Positions 13,901 to 26,800 of a DNA stretch of 64,000 nt are shown here, one piece after another (position 1 is the stretch's first letter; each line of letters begins with the position of its first letter). Source of the DNA: Cyanophora paradoxa CCMP329 (Eukaryota > Plantae > Glaucophyta). The notes under the pieces are model-generated. The model saw nothing but the letters and a program-made list of their open reading frames with translations. It searched no databases and had not been told where the DNA came from. A program made the translations under genes and the position numbers. The stretch is taken from assembly GCA_004431415.1 (NCBI GenBank), contig QPMI01000040.1, positions 124,001-188,000 of the forward strand. The letters run 5' to 3'.

Positions 13901-14470
13901 CCTCCTCCTCCCCCCCGCCGAGTGGCGCGCCCGCCGCCTCGCCCTCCTCCGCCGCGCCCTCGCCGCCGGCGCCCGCCACGGGCCCCGCTACGGCGCCCCG
14001 CCCGCCTCCGCCTCCTCCTCCTCCTCCTCCTCCTCCCGCGCCGCCCCGCCCTCCCCGGCCCTCTTCCTCCTCCGCCCCGCCGCGCCCGCGGCGGACTGGG
14101 CGTGGCGGCGTCCGCCGCCTTCTTCGGTCTGGCGTGCCTCGTCCGGCGCGAGTTCGGGGCCCCGGCGGGGAGCGAGGCGGCCGGCGACGGCGACGCGGTG
14201 GCGGCGCTGTGCGAGCGCGTGCGCGCCGACGAGCGGCCCGTCCTCGCCTCCTCGCGCCGCATCGCCGAGGCCTACGCCGCCGCCTGCGCCGCCGCCGCCC
14301 GCCCGCCGGCCCCGCCGCCCTCCTTGCCGCCCTCTTCCCCGGTGCGCCCCGTCCCTCCAGATCGCTCGCCGGCGCGCCGCTCTTCTGACGCTCGTGCAGA
14401 GGCGGCGGAGGAGGCGGCGGCGGAGGGCGGCCTGGAGGCCCTCGTCGAGCGCGCCGCCGGCGACCGCTGA
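10969..14470 (+). CDS. UBR4: UBR4/BIG-like E3 ubiquitin ligase C-terminal module (about 10 introns; upstream UBR4 sequence absent), copy 2
   Basis: Same motifs as copy 1. Example introns: 11066-11128, 11213-11266 and 13281-13357 (all GC-AG). The indels differ between copies and often complement each other, suggesting an intact underlying frame. Stop at 14468-14470. Confidence 0.85.
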
Positions 14471-14604
14471 GCGGCGCGCGCTATCCGAACTGTAGATCTA
14501 GAGATATCTCGCAACTGACGTGTAGGTAGAAGAATCATACGTAGGAACTGCTCAGGAACCGTGAATTGAATCAAATTGAGTTTCCGCTGAGTTGCCCTTC
14601 GCAG

Positions 14605-14636
<32 letters not shown>
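14605..14636. repeat. Poly-C tract (C32; C36 at 4640-4675 in the other copy) between convergent gene 3' ends
   Basis: Directly visible. Confidence 0.9.
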
Positions 14637-14816
14637 TTTTCATTACGTGTGCAATTGATAGATTCGATTGAAAAAGAGAAACCACTGCATGCGACCTACG
14701 CAAATGCCTAAGCTTACAAAACTAGCTCCACTAAATAATAATACACGCTTCTCCAGCGAAATGAGGCCGGGGCCATTCCAAGCACTGGCCACGGCCCCAC
14801 TAGTCAAGCTCCATAA

Positions 14817-17800
14817 TCAGGGAGTTGGTGTCGGTGTGGGATCCACCGGCTTGGTGTAGAATATTTGACTGCCCTGAAGATGGCAGACGTACTGGTAGTT
14901 GTTCGCCCTCTGAACAGAGTGGTCCCACGCGTGGTCTAAATTCTTGTTGGGCAGGTTATAGGCGATGTCGTTGGGAATCTGCAAGCACGTGCAGATCGCC
15001 ATCTGGTTCCACCCCATTCCGATGCGGACGTCATTTAGGCCAGGGGCAGTGGCAGCGATGGTGCTGTTGCCCTGGTCCCAGGGCTGGTCGTTGCCATCGC
15101 AGGACTCGGGCCCGGACATAACACTGCCCTCGCCCATCGTGATGACGGTGTACGTGGTGCCGAGGGCAGTGTCGTCGCCGCACCGCTGGTAGAATGCGAG
15201 CATGGTGTCCGGCTTGGTCACGACGTACGTGTTCGCGTTCTTGCCCTTGCCTTTGTTCTGGGCGCGGTTGTTCCACCAGTTCGGAGTGAAGCTTGTCGTG
15301 TCGTTGGTACCGTCCGACGGGAAGTTCGCATTCGGATACGTCCACGGGTGTGCCGGCGGCCTGCTGGCCGCTGGCATGCACTGACCCGGTCCAAACGAGG
15401 ATATATCGGGGTCTATCTCGTCCGACTGGCGGGCGACCTGCACGCGGATGGGCGACGTAATCCTGCCCGTGCTATCGAGGACGAAGCGGTTGACGGCGAT
15501 GTTCAGGCCTCCGTTGGCGTTGAGCAGGCCCGTGCTCGTCACAGTGCCCGTGATCGAGATGAAGCCGGTCGTGAGGGTGTTGCCCGACTTGTCGACGACG
15601 AAGCGGTTCGTGTTGACCTGCAGGGCCAGGTTGTCTGATCCCATTGCGCTGTCCAGGCTGACGACCTTGGAGGTCGTGAAGCCAGCCAGCAGCTGCAGGA
15701 TGCCCGTGCTCGTCAGCGTGCCCGTCACGCCCAGCGAGCCCGTCACCAGCGCGTTGCCCGAGACATCGATCACGAACTTGTTGGCCATGATGTTGAGCCC
15801 GCCGTTCACGTTCAGCAGCCCCGTCGACGTCACCGTACCCGTCACGCCCACTGAGCCCGTCGACAGCGTGTTGCCGGACATGTCCACACTGAACCTATTC
15901 CAGAGGACGTTCAGACCACTGTTCGCGTTCAGGAGACCCGTGCTGGTCACAGTGCCGGTAATGCTCATCGTTCCCGTCGCCAGCGCGCTGCCCGAGAAGT
16001 CCACGACGAACTGATTCCACATCACGTTCAGCCCGCCGTTCGCGTTCAGCAGTCCCGTGGAAGTCACGGTCCCCGTCACCCCGACCATGCCCGTCGCCAG
16101 CGCGTTGCCCGAGAAATCAACCACGAACTGGTTCCACATCACGTTCAGCCCGCCGTTCGCGTTCAAGAGACCCGTGCTGGTCACAGTGCCTGTCACTCCG
16201 ACCATGCCCGTCGCCAGCGCATTCCCGGACATGTCCACAATGAACTGATTCCAGAGGACATTCAGCCCGCCGTTCGCGTTTAGCAGCCCCGTCGACGTCA
16301 CGGTCCCCGTCACCCCGACTGTGCCCGTCGCCAACACATTTCCGGAGATGTCAACAGCGAACTGATTCCACCTGAGGTTCAAACCGCCATTCGCGTTGAG
16401 TAACCCAGTGCTGGTCACTGTACCAGTTACACCGACCAAGCCGGTCGCAAGCACAGTGCCTGCTCTGTCGACGGAGAACTTGTTGAACACCACATTCAAA
16501 CCACCGTTCGCATTCAGAAGGCCCGTCGACGTCAAAGTGCCAGAGATTCCAATGGTGCCGGTGGCGCGGACATTTCCGGATAAGTCAACCACAAAACGGT
16601 TTCCATTCACGTTCAGCCCGCCGTTCGCGTTCAGCAGCCCCGTCGACGTCACGGTCCCCGTCACCCCGACCATGCCCGTCGCCAGCGCATTGCCCGACAT
16701 GTCCACTACGAACTGATTCCACAGCACGTTCAGCCCGCCGTTCGCATTCAGCAGCCCCGTCGACGTCACGGTCCCCGTAACACCGACCATACCAGTCGCA
16801 AGCGCGTTGCCCGAAGTGTCCACCAAGAACTGATTCCACAGCACGTTGAGCCCGCCGTTCGCGTTCAGCAGCCCCGTCGACGTCACGGTCCCCGTCACCC
16901 AGACCATGCCCGTCGCCAACGCATTGCCAGACGCGTCCACAACGAACTTGTTGGTTCCAACCGACACCTTCGTGATGTCCAGCATATCCGCAACGGAGAC
17001 GGTACCAAAGCTCAGTAGCCCAGTCGAAGTGAGTGTCCCCGTAATGCCGAGGGTCCCAGTTATGAGCACGTTACCAGTGAGGTCCACTGAGAACTTGTTG
17101 CTCAGAACATTCAAACCGCCGTTCGCGTTCAAGAGGCCCGTAGATGTGACAGTTCCAGTCACGCCCACGAGTCCAGTCGCCAGCACATTCCCAGAGAGGT
17201 CGACAACAAACTGATTTGCCATGACGTTGATGCCTCCATTCGAATTCAGGAGACCAGTGGATGTCAGCGTTCCAGTTACGCCAAACAAGCCCGTCGCCAA
17301 CACGTTGCCCGAAGTATCCACCACGAACTGGTTCGCCATCACGTTCAGGAACCCGTTCGCGTTCAGCAAGCCCGTCGACGTCAGCGTGCCAGTCAGCCCC
17401 ATGGCCCCCGTGCCCAGCACGTTTCCGGACATGTCCACCACGAACTTGTTTGCCATCACATTCAGGAAGCCGTTCGCGTTGAGCAGACCCGTGGACGTCA
17501 CTGTTCCCGTGATGCCGACGATGCCTGTGCTGAGCACATTGCCCAACGGATCCACGACGAACTGGTTCGCCATCACGTTCAGGAACCCGTTCGCGTTGAG
17601 CAGGCCAGTCGACGTCACCGTCCCAGTGATGCCAACCGCACCCGTCGCCAACACGTTGCCCGAAGTATCCACCACGAACTGGTTCGCCATCACGTTCAGG
17701 AACCCGTTCGCGTTCAGCAAGCCCGTCGACGTCAGCGTGCCGGTCAGCCCCAGGGCCCCGGTGCCCAGAACGTTTCCGGACATGTCCACCACGAACTTGT

Positions 17801-20800
17801 TTGCCATCACATTCAGGAAGCCGTTTGCGTTGAGCAGACCCGTGGACGTCACTGTTCCCGTGATGCCGACGATGCCTGTGCTGAGCACATTGCCCGACGG
17901 ATCCACGACGAACTGGTTCGCCATCACGTTCAGGAACCCGTTCGCGTTGAGCAGGCCGGTCGACGTCACTGTCCCAGTAATGCCAACCGCACCCGTCGCC
18001 AACACGTTGCCCGAAGGATCCACCACGAACTGGTTCGCCATCACGTTCAGGAACCCGTTCGCGTTCAGCAAGCCCGTCGACGTCAGCGTGCCGGTCAGCC
18101 CCAGGGCCCCCGTGCCCAGCACGTTTCCGGACATGTCCACCACGAACTTGTTTGCCATCACATTCAGGAAGCCGTTCGCGTTGAGCAGACCCGTGGACGT
18201 CACTGTTCCCGTGATGCCGACAATGCCTGTGCTAAGCACATTGCCCGACGGATCCACGACGAACTGGTTCGCCATCACGTTCAGGAACCCGTTCGCGTTG
18301 AGCAGGCCAGTCGACGTCACCGTCCCAGTGATGCCAACCGCACCCGTCGCCAACACGTTGCCGGAAGTATCCACCACGAATTGGTTCGCCATCACGTTCA
18401 GGAACCCGTTCGCGTTCAGCAAGCCCGTCGACGTCAGCGTGCCGGTCAGTCCCAGGGCCCCCGTGCCCAGCACGTTTCCGGACATGTCAACCACGAACTG
18501 GTTTGCCATCACATTCAGGAAGCCGTTTGCGTTGAGGAGACCCGTGGACGTCACTGTTCCCGTGATGCCGACGATGCCTGTGCTAAGCACATTGCCCGAC
18601 GGATCCACGACGAACTGGTTCGCCATCACGTTCAGGAACCCGTTCGCGTTGAGCAGGCCAGTCGACGTCACTGTCCCAGTAATGCCAACCGCACCCGTCG
18701 CCAACACGTTGCCCGAAGTATCCACCACGAACTGGTTCGCCATCACGTTCAGGAACCCGTTCGCGTTCAGCAAGCCCGTCGACGTCAGCGTGCCGGTCAG
18801 CCCCAGGGCCCCGGTGCCTAGAACGTTTCCGGACATGTCCACCACGAACTTGTTTGCCATCACATTCAGGAAGCCGTTTGCGTTGAGCAGACCCGTGGAC
18901 GTCACTGTTCCCGTGATGCCGACGATGCCTGTGCTGAGCACATTGCCCGACGGATCCACGACGAACTGGTTCGCCATCACGTTCAGGAACCCGTTCGCGT
19001 TGAGCAGGCCAGTCGACGTCACCGTCCCAGTAATGCCAACCGCACCCGTCGCCAACACGTTGCCCGAAGTATCCACCACGAACTGGTTCGCCATCACGTT
19101 CAGGAACCCGTTCGCGTTCAGCAAGCCCGTCGAAGTCAGCGTGCCGGTCAGCCCCAGGACCCCCGTCCCAAGCACGTTTCCGGACATGTCCACCACGAAC
19201 TTGTTTGCCATCACATTCAGGAAGCCGTTCGCGTTGAGCAGACCCGTGGACGTCACTGTCCCGGTGATGCCGACGATGCCTGTGCTGAGCACATTGCCCG
19301 ACGGATCCACGACGAACTGGTTCGCCATCACGTTCAGGAACCCGTTCGCGTTGAGCAGGCCGGTCGACGTCACCGTCCCAGTGATGCCAACCGCACCCGT
19401 CGCCAACGCGTTTCCGGACATGTCAACCACGAACTGGTTCGCCATCACGTTCAGGAACCCGTTCGCGTTCAGCAAGCCCGTTGACGTTAGCGTTCCAGTC
19501 ACGCCCAACAAGCCCGTTGCTAGAACATTGCCCGACGTGTCCACCACAAATTGATTCGTCATAACATTGAGGAAGCCGTTCGCGTTGAGCAGACCCGTGG
19601 ACGTCACTGTTCCCGTGATGCCGACGATGCCTGTGCTGAGCACATTGCCCGACGGATCCACGACGAACTGGTTCGCCATCACGTTCAGGAACCCGTTCGC
19701 GTTGAGCAGGCCGGTCGACGTCACCGTCCCAGTGATGCCAACCGCACCCGTCGCCAACGCGTTTCCGGACATGTCAACCACGAACTGGTTCGCCATCACG
19801 TTCAGGAACCCGTTCGCATTCAACAAGCCCGTCGAGGTGAGTGTTCCAGTGAGACCAATCACGCCGGTCGCAAGCACGTTGCCCGAGATATCAACGCTAA
19901 ATTGATTGGAACGCACGTTCAGGCCTCCGTTGCTGTTCAACAGGCCTGTCGATGTGACTGTCCCGGTGATGCCCGCGATGCCCGTGATAAGACTATTACC
20001 AGAGCTATCAACGACGAACTTGTTCACTCCGATTGCAATTGCACCTTCAAATGCGACCGTACCCAGAAGGTTCAGCCGGCCAGTCGACGTGACTGTTCCG
20101 GTGATGCCCAGGGTGCCGCTAACAAGGGTGTTTCCTGCAGCGTCGACTACGAACTTATTCGCCCGCACGTTCAGCCCGCCGTTCGCGTTCAGCAGCCCCG
20201 TCGACGTCACCGTCCCCGTCACCCCGATTATGCCCGTCGCCAGCGCATTGCCCGAGATGTCGACGCTCAGCTGGTTCCACCGAACATTCAGCCCGCCGTT
20301 CGCGTTCAGCAACCCCGTCGACGTCACTGTACCCGTCACCCCAACTCTGCCCGTCGCCAGCATGTTGCCAGAGATGTCTACGGTGAACTGGTTCGACAAG
20401 ATGTTCAGCCCGCCGTTCGCGTTCAGCAGACCCGTCGACGTCACAGTCCCCGTCACCCCGACCATGCCCGTCGCCAGCGCGTTGCCCGAAATGTCGATGC
20501 TCAGCTGATTCCAACGTACGTTAAGCCCGCCGTTCGCGTTCAGTAGTCCTGTGGACGTGACTGTGCCGGTCACACGCAGGATACCAGTTACGAGAGTGTT
20601 TCCGGACGTGTCGATGACGACCTTGTTCCACATAACATTGAGGCCGCCATTCGCGTTGAGCAGACCCGTGCTGGTCACAGTTCCGGTCACGCGCATGATG
20701 CCGCTCACAAGTGTGTTTCCACTCAAATCAACGACGAAACGGTTCGCGTGCACGTTGATGCCAGCGTTCGCGTTCACGAGGCCAGTGAAGCTGGTGGTGC

Positions 20801-23800
20801 CAGTAACTCCGAATGTGCCAGTTACAATAACCGTTGTGGTCTCGGCAGAGGTGCCTCGTCCAACTTCAAAGAGGGTAAGGGAGGAATTTGTACCGTCTTT
20901 GATAGCTGGATTGACGACTCGCACTCCCCACTCAAACTGGGGTGGAAGTTCACTGGAACCGGCAGCAGATGTGAAAGCCTTGAAAACAGCACGGCCATTG
21001 ACTTCCAAGGCTGGAACGAGATCGGTACCGGCCGTCGTGTAGCCGTTTCGGGCTGGGGCGGTCGCGAAGGCCCGAATCATGCCAGTCGTCGTGACGTCTC
21101 CCGTGACACCGACATTTGACGATGAGCGCAGCTCTCCGGCAGGGTCAACGGATAGCCGAGGGATCGTCCCAGCATTGTTCAAGACATTGATCCCGCCGAT
21201 GGAGCGGAGCAACCCCGTCGATGTGATCGTCCCAGTGACCCCGAGCGAACCAGTGATGAAAGTGTTTCCAGATGTATCAACCACAAGCTTGTTCCAACGG
21301 ATGTTCAACCCGCCATTCGCATTCAGCAAGCCAGTCGAGGTGACAGTTCCAGTGACCCGAACAACCCCAGTCACAAGGGCATTGCCGGACATGTCGACCG
21401 TAAACTGATTCCAAAGCACATTGAGCCCACCATTTGCATTCAGCAGACCCGTCGAAGTGACTGTGCCCGTAACATGAAGCACGCCCGTTGCGAGCGCATT
21501 TCCACTCATGTCAACAACGAATTTGTTGGAAAATACGTTCAGGCCTCCATTTGCGGACAACAAACCAGTGGACGTGATGGTTCCTGTAACCCCGACCATG
21601 CCCGTCGCCAGCACATTACCCGACATGTCCACGCTGAGCTGGTTCCACAGCACATTCAGCCCGCCGTTCGCGTTCAGCAGCCCCGTCGACGTCACGGTCC
21701 CCGTCACCCCGACCATTCCCGTCGCCAGCGCGTTGCCCGAGAAATCAACCACGAACTGATTCCACATCACGTTGAGCCCGCCGTTCGCGTTCAGCAGCCC
21801 CGTCGACGTCACGGTCCCCGTCACCCCGACCATGCCCGTCGCAAGCGCGTTGCCTGACATGTCCACCACGAACTGATTCCAGAGGATGTTCAGCCCGCCG
21901 TTCGCGTTCAGCAGACCCGTTGACGTCACGGTCCCCGTCACCCCGACCATGCCCGTCGCCAGAGCGTTACCCGAGAAATCAACCACGAACTGATTCCACA
22001 GCACGTTCAGCCCGCCATTCGCATTCAGCAGCCCCGTCGACGTCACGGTCCCCGTCACCCCGACCATGCCCGTCGCCAGCGCGTTGCCCGAGAAATCAAC
22101 CACGAACTGGTTCCACCTCACATTCAGCCCGCCGTTGGTGTTCAGCAGTCCTGTCGACGTCACTGTGCCTGTAACGCCCAAGACACCACTGATGATCGTG
22201 TTTCCAGACTTGTCCACGGCAAACTGATCCCACCTCACGTTCAAACCACCGTTCGCGTCAAGAAGCCCAGTCGATGTCAGAGTTCCTGTAACACCGACTG
22301 TTCCGGTGCTGAGCACGTTGCCCGACATGTCCACAACAAACTTGTTCGCCATGACGTTCAGGAACCCGTTTGCGTTCAGCAGGCCAGTCGATGTCAGCGT
22401 GCCTGTCACACCGAGTACTCCTGTCGCCAGCACGTTTCCTGACAGATCAACGACAAACTGGTTGGTCATCACGTTCAAACCACCATTTCCGTTGAGCAAC
22501 CCAGTCGAAGTCAATGTTCCTGTTACCCCGACTGCGCCAGTCGCCAACAAGTTACCCGACATGTCCACACTGAGCTGGTCCCCACGAACGTTGAGGCCTC
22601 CGTTTGCATTTAACAGGCCAGTGGACGTCACTGTTCCCGTAAGACCGAAGAAGCCCGTGGTAAGAACATTACCCGAAATGTCGACGACAAACTTATTCGC
22701 CATGACGTTAAGGAACCCGTTCGCGTTCAACAGGCCAGTCGAAGTAACTGTACCAGTGAGGCCGACAATGCCAGTGGCGAAAGTGTTACCCGACAAATCC
22801 ACCACAAACTTGTTCGCCATCACGTTTAGGAACCCATTCGCATTCAACAGGCCCGTGGATGTCACGGTCCCTGTAAGCCCGACGGCGCCCGTGCTCAGCA
22901 CGTTGCCCGACATGTCAAGAACGAACTGATTTGCCATCACGTTCAGGAATCCATTCGCGTTCAACAGGCCCGTGGAGGTCAGTGTCCCTGTGAGACCAAC
23001 AGCGCCAGTCCCCAGAACATTGCCTGACATATCGACCACAAACTTGTTGGCCATGACGTTCAGGAACCCATCTGCATTCAGCAGCCCAGTCGACGTCAAA
23101 GTGCCCGTGAGACCTACGATCCCCGTTGCCAGCACATTCCCGGACGTGTCGACCACGAACTGATTCGCCATCACGTTCAGGAATCCGTTTGCGTTCAACA
23201 GCCCCGTCGAAGTAACCGTCCCGGTGACACCGACGGCGCCCGTGCCCAACACATTGCCCGACATGTCCACCACGAATTGGTTCGCCATTACGTTCAGGAA
23301 TCCATTTGCGTTCAGCAGGCCAGTGGACGTCAGTGTCCCTGTGAGACCAACGGCGCCTGTCCCCAGCACGTTTCCAGACATGTCCACCACGAACTTGTTA
23401 GCGATAACATTCAGGAAGCCGTTCGCGTTGAGCAGACCCGTGGACGTCACTGTTCCCGTGATGCCGACGATGCCTGTGCTGAGCACATTTCCCGATGTAT
23501 CAACGACGAACTGGTTCGCCATCACATTCAGGAAACCGTTTGCGTTCAACAGCCCGGTCGAAGTAACCGTCCCAGTAAGACCAACAGCGCCGGTGCCGAG
23601 AACATTGCCCGACATATCCACAACGAATTGGTTCGCCATCACATTCAGGAATCCGTTAGCGTTCAGTAGCCCCGTGGACGTCAGTGTTCCTGTGAGACCC
23701 ATAGAGCCCGTGCCCAGTACGTTACCCGACATGTCAATCACGAACTTATTCGATCTGATGTTCAGGAAGCCGTTGGCATTCAGCAGGCCGGTTGACGTCA

Positions 23801-26800
23801 ATGTGCCGGTAACACCAACGTCACCTGTAGCAAGCACGTTTCCGCTGTCGTCGACGACGAACTTGTTTGCCATCACGTTAAGGAAGCCGTTCGCATTCAA
23901 AAGGCCTGTTGACGTTACCGTTCCCGTGAGACCGATTGTACCCGTGCCCAACACATTGCCAGACATATCCACCACGAACTGGTTCGCCATAACATTCAGG
24001 AATCCGTTTGCGTTCAGCAGGCCCGTGGATGTGAGTGTTCCTGTGAGACCAACGGAGCCCGTGCCAAGCACGTTCCCAGACATGTCAATCACGAACTGAT
24101 TCGCCATGACGTTCAAGAAGCCATTCGCGTTCAACAACCCGGTGGATGTCAGTGTCCCAGTAACACCTACAGCACCCGTGCCCAGCACGTTGCCTGACGT
24201 GTCCACAACGAACTTGTTCGCCATCACGTTCAGGAACCCGTTCGCATTCAACAGGCCCGTGGATGTCACTGTGCCAGTAAGGCCCACCGTGCCCGTTCCC
24301 AAAACGTTGCCCGACATGTCGATCACGAACTGGTTCGCCATCACGTTAAGGAATCCGTTTGCGTTCAGCAATCCCGTGGAGGTCAGCGTCCCAGTCAGAC
24401 CAAGAGCGCCGGTTCCAAGAACGTTGCCAGACATGTCTACAACGAACTTGTTGGCCCTAACGTTCAGGAATCCGTCTGCATTCAGCAGCCCAGTCGACGT
24501 CAAAGTGCCCGTGAGACCTACGATCCCCGTTGCCAGCACATTCCCGGACGTGTCAACCACGAACTGATTCGCCATCACATTCAGAAATCCGTTCGCGTTC
24601 AACAGCCCCGTTGAAGTCACCGTCCCAGTGAGACCAACGGTGCCCGTCCCCAACACGTTGCCCGACATGTCGATCACGAACTGGTTTGCCATCACGTTCA
24701 AGAACCCATTCGCGTTCAACAACCCGGTCGACGTTAGCGTTCCAGTGAGACCAACAACCCCAGTCCCCAGGACGTTGCCCGACATGTCAACCACGAACTT
24801 GTTCGTCATCACGTTCAGGAATCCGTCAGCATTGAGCAGGCCCGTTGACGTCAAGGTGCCAGTAATACCGACAGAGCCCGTACCGAGCACATTGCCGGAC
24901 AAGTCCACCACAAACTGGTTTGTCATCACGTTCAGGAACCCGTTCGCATTCAACAGTCCCGTTGACGTAATCGTCCCTGTGATCCCAACCGACCCTGTAC
25001 CCAGAACATTGCCCGACATGTCCACCACGAACTGATTGGCCATCACGTTAAGGAACCCGTTTGCATTCAGCAGACCCGTAGAGGTCAATGTTCCCGTCAG
25101 ACCCATTGCCCCGGTCCCCAGCACATTGCCGGACATATCCACCACAAACTGATTCGCCATCACGTTCAGGAATCCATTTGCGTTGAGCAGTCCCGTAGAA
25201 GTTATGGTTCCGGTGACACCTACAACACCAGTGCCAAGCACGTTGCCAGACTGATCCACCACGAATTTGTTGGACATCACGTTCAGGAACCCGTTCGCAT
25301 TCAGCAGTCCAGTCGAAGTCAGAGTTCCCGTGAGACCCAGAGCACCAGTCCCAAGTACATTACCGGACATGTCCACCACGAATCGATTCGCCATAATATT
25401 CAGGAACCCGTTCGCATTCAACAGGCCAGTCGACGTGAGAGTTCCAGTAAGACCGACAGCGCCAGTCCCTATAACGTTACCCGACATGTCGATCACGAAC
25501 TGATTCGCCATCACGTTCAGGAACCCATTTGCATTAAGAAGGCCCGTTGAAGTAACCGTCCCTGTGATACCAACAGCACCAGTCGCAAGCAAGTTGCCCG
25601 ACATGTCCACCACGAGCTGGTTCGCCATCACGTTGAGGAACCCGTTCGCGTTCAACAACCCAGTTGTGGTCAACGTGCCTGTCAGTCCCACTGAGCCAGT
25701 TCCCAACACGTTGCCTGACATGTCAACTACGAATTGGTTTGCCATCACGTTCAGGAAACCGTTCGCATTGAGCAGGCCGGTCGAAGTCAGAGTTCCCGTT
25801 AGACCCATTGTGCCCGTTCCGAGAACGTTGCCCGACATGTCCACCACAAATTGGTTTGCCATCACGTTCAAGAACCCATTCGCGTTCAGCAGGCCAGTCG
25901 ATGTCAGAGTTCCAGTGACTCCGACAACACCCGTGCCAAGGACGTTGCCCGACATATCAACAACAAACTGGTTCGCCATCACGTTCAGGAAGCCGTTTGC
26001 GTTCAGCAGACCAGTGGAAGTAACGGTGCCAGTAAGACCAACTGTGCCCGTACCTAGCACATTGCCCGACATGTCCACCACGAATTTGTTTGCCATCACA
26101 TTAAGGAACCCGTTCGCGTTCAACAGGCCCGTGGACGTCAGTGTCCCTGTGAGACCAACAACCCCAGTCCCCAGGACGTTGCCCGACATGTCAACCACGA
26201 ACTTGTTCGTCATCACGTTCAGGAATCCGTCAGCATTGAGCAGGCCTGTTGACGTAACAGTCCCGGTGACACCGACAGCTCCCGTGCCCAGCACGTTGCC
26301 CGACATGTCCACCACGAACTGGTTCGCCATCACGTTCAGGAACCCGTTCGCATTCAAGAGGCCCGTCGAAGTCAGGGTCCCGGTGAGACCAACCGCACCC
26401 GTTCCAAGCACGTTGCCCGACATGTCCACCACGAACTTATTCGCCATCACGTTCAGGAATCCGTTCGCACTGAGGAGGCCTGTTGAGGTGACGGTTCCCG
26501 TAATCCCCACAGCGCCTGTGCCAAGCACATTGCCCGACATGTCCACCACGAACTGATTCGCCATTACGTTCACGAAACCGTTCGCATTCAGAAGGCCCGT
26601 CGACGTTAGTGTTCCCGTCAGACCCACTGCCCCGGTCCCCAGCACATTGCCGGACATATCCACCACAAACTGATTCGCCATCACATTCAGGAAACCATTT
26701 GCGTTCAAGAGCCCTGTCGACGTCAACGTCCCAGTGAGGCCAACGACACCTGTGCCCAGCACGTTTCCCGACATGTCCACGACGAGCTTATTCGACATAA

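Larger units (their letters stand above)
9947..18663. repeat. Segmental direct duplication, copy 2 (continuous with the intact giant gene)
   Basis: Near-identical to 1-8690. Confidence 0.95.
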
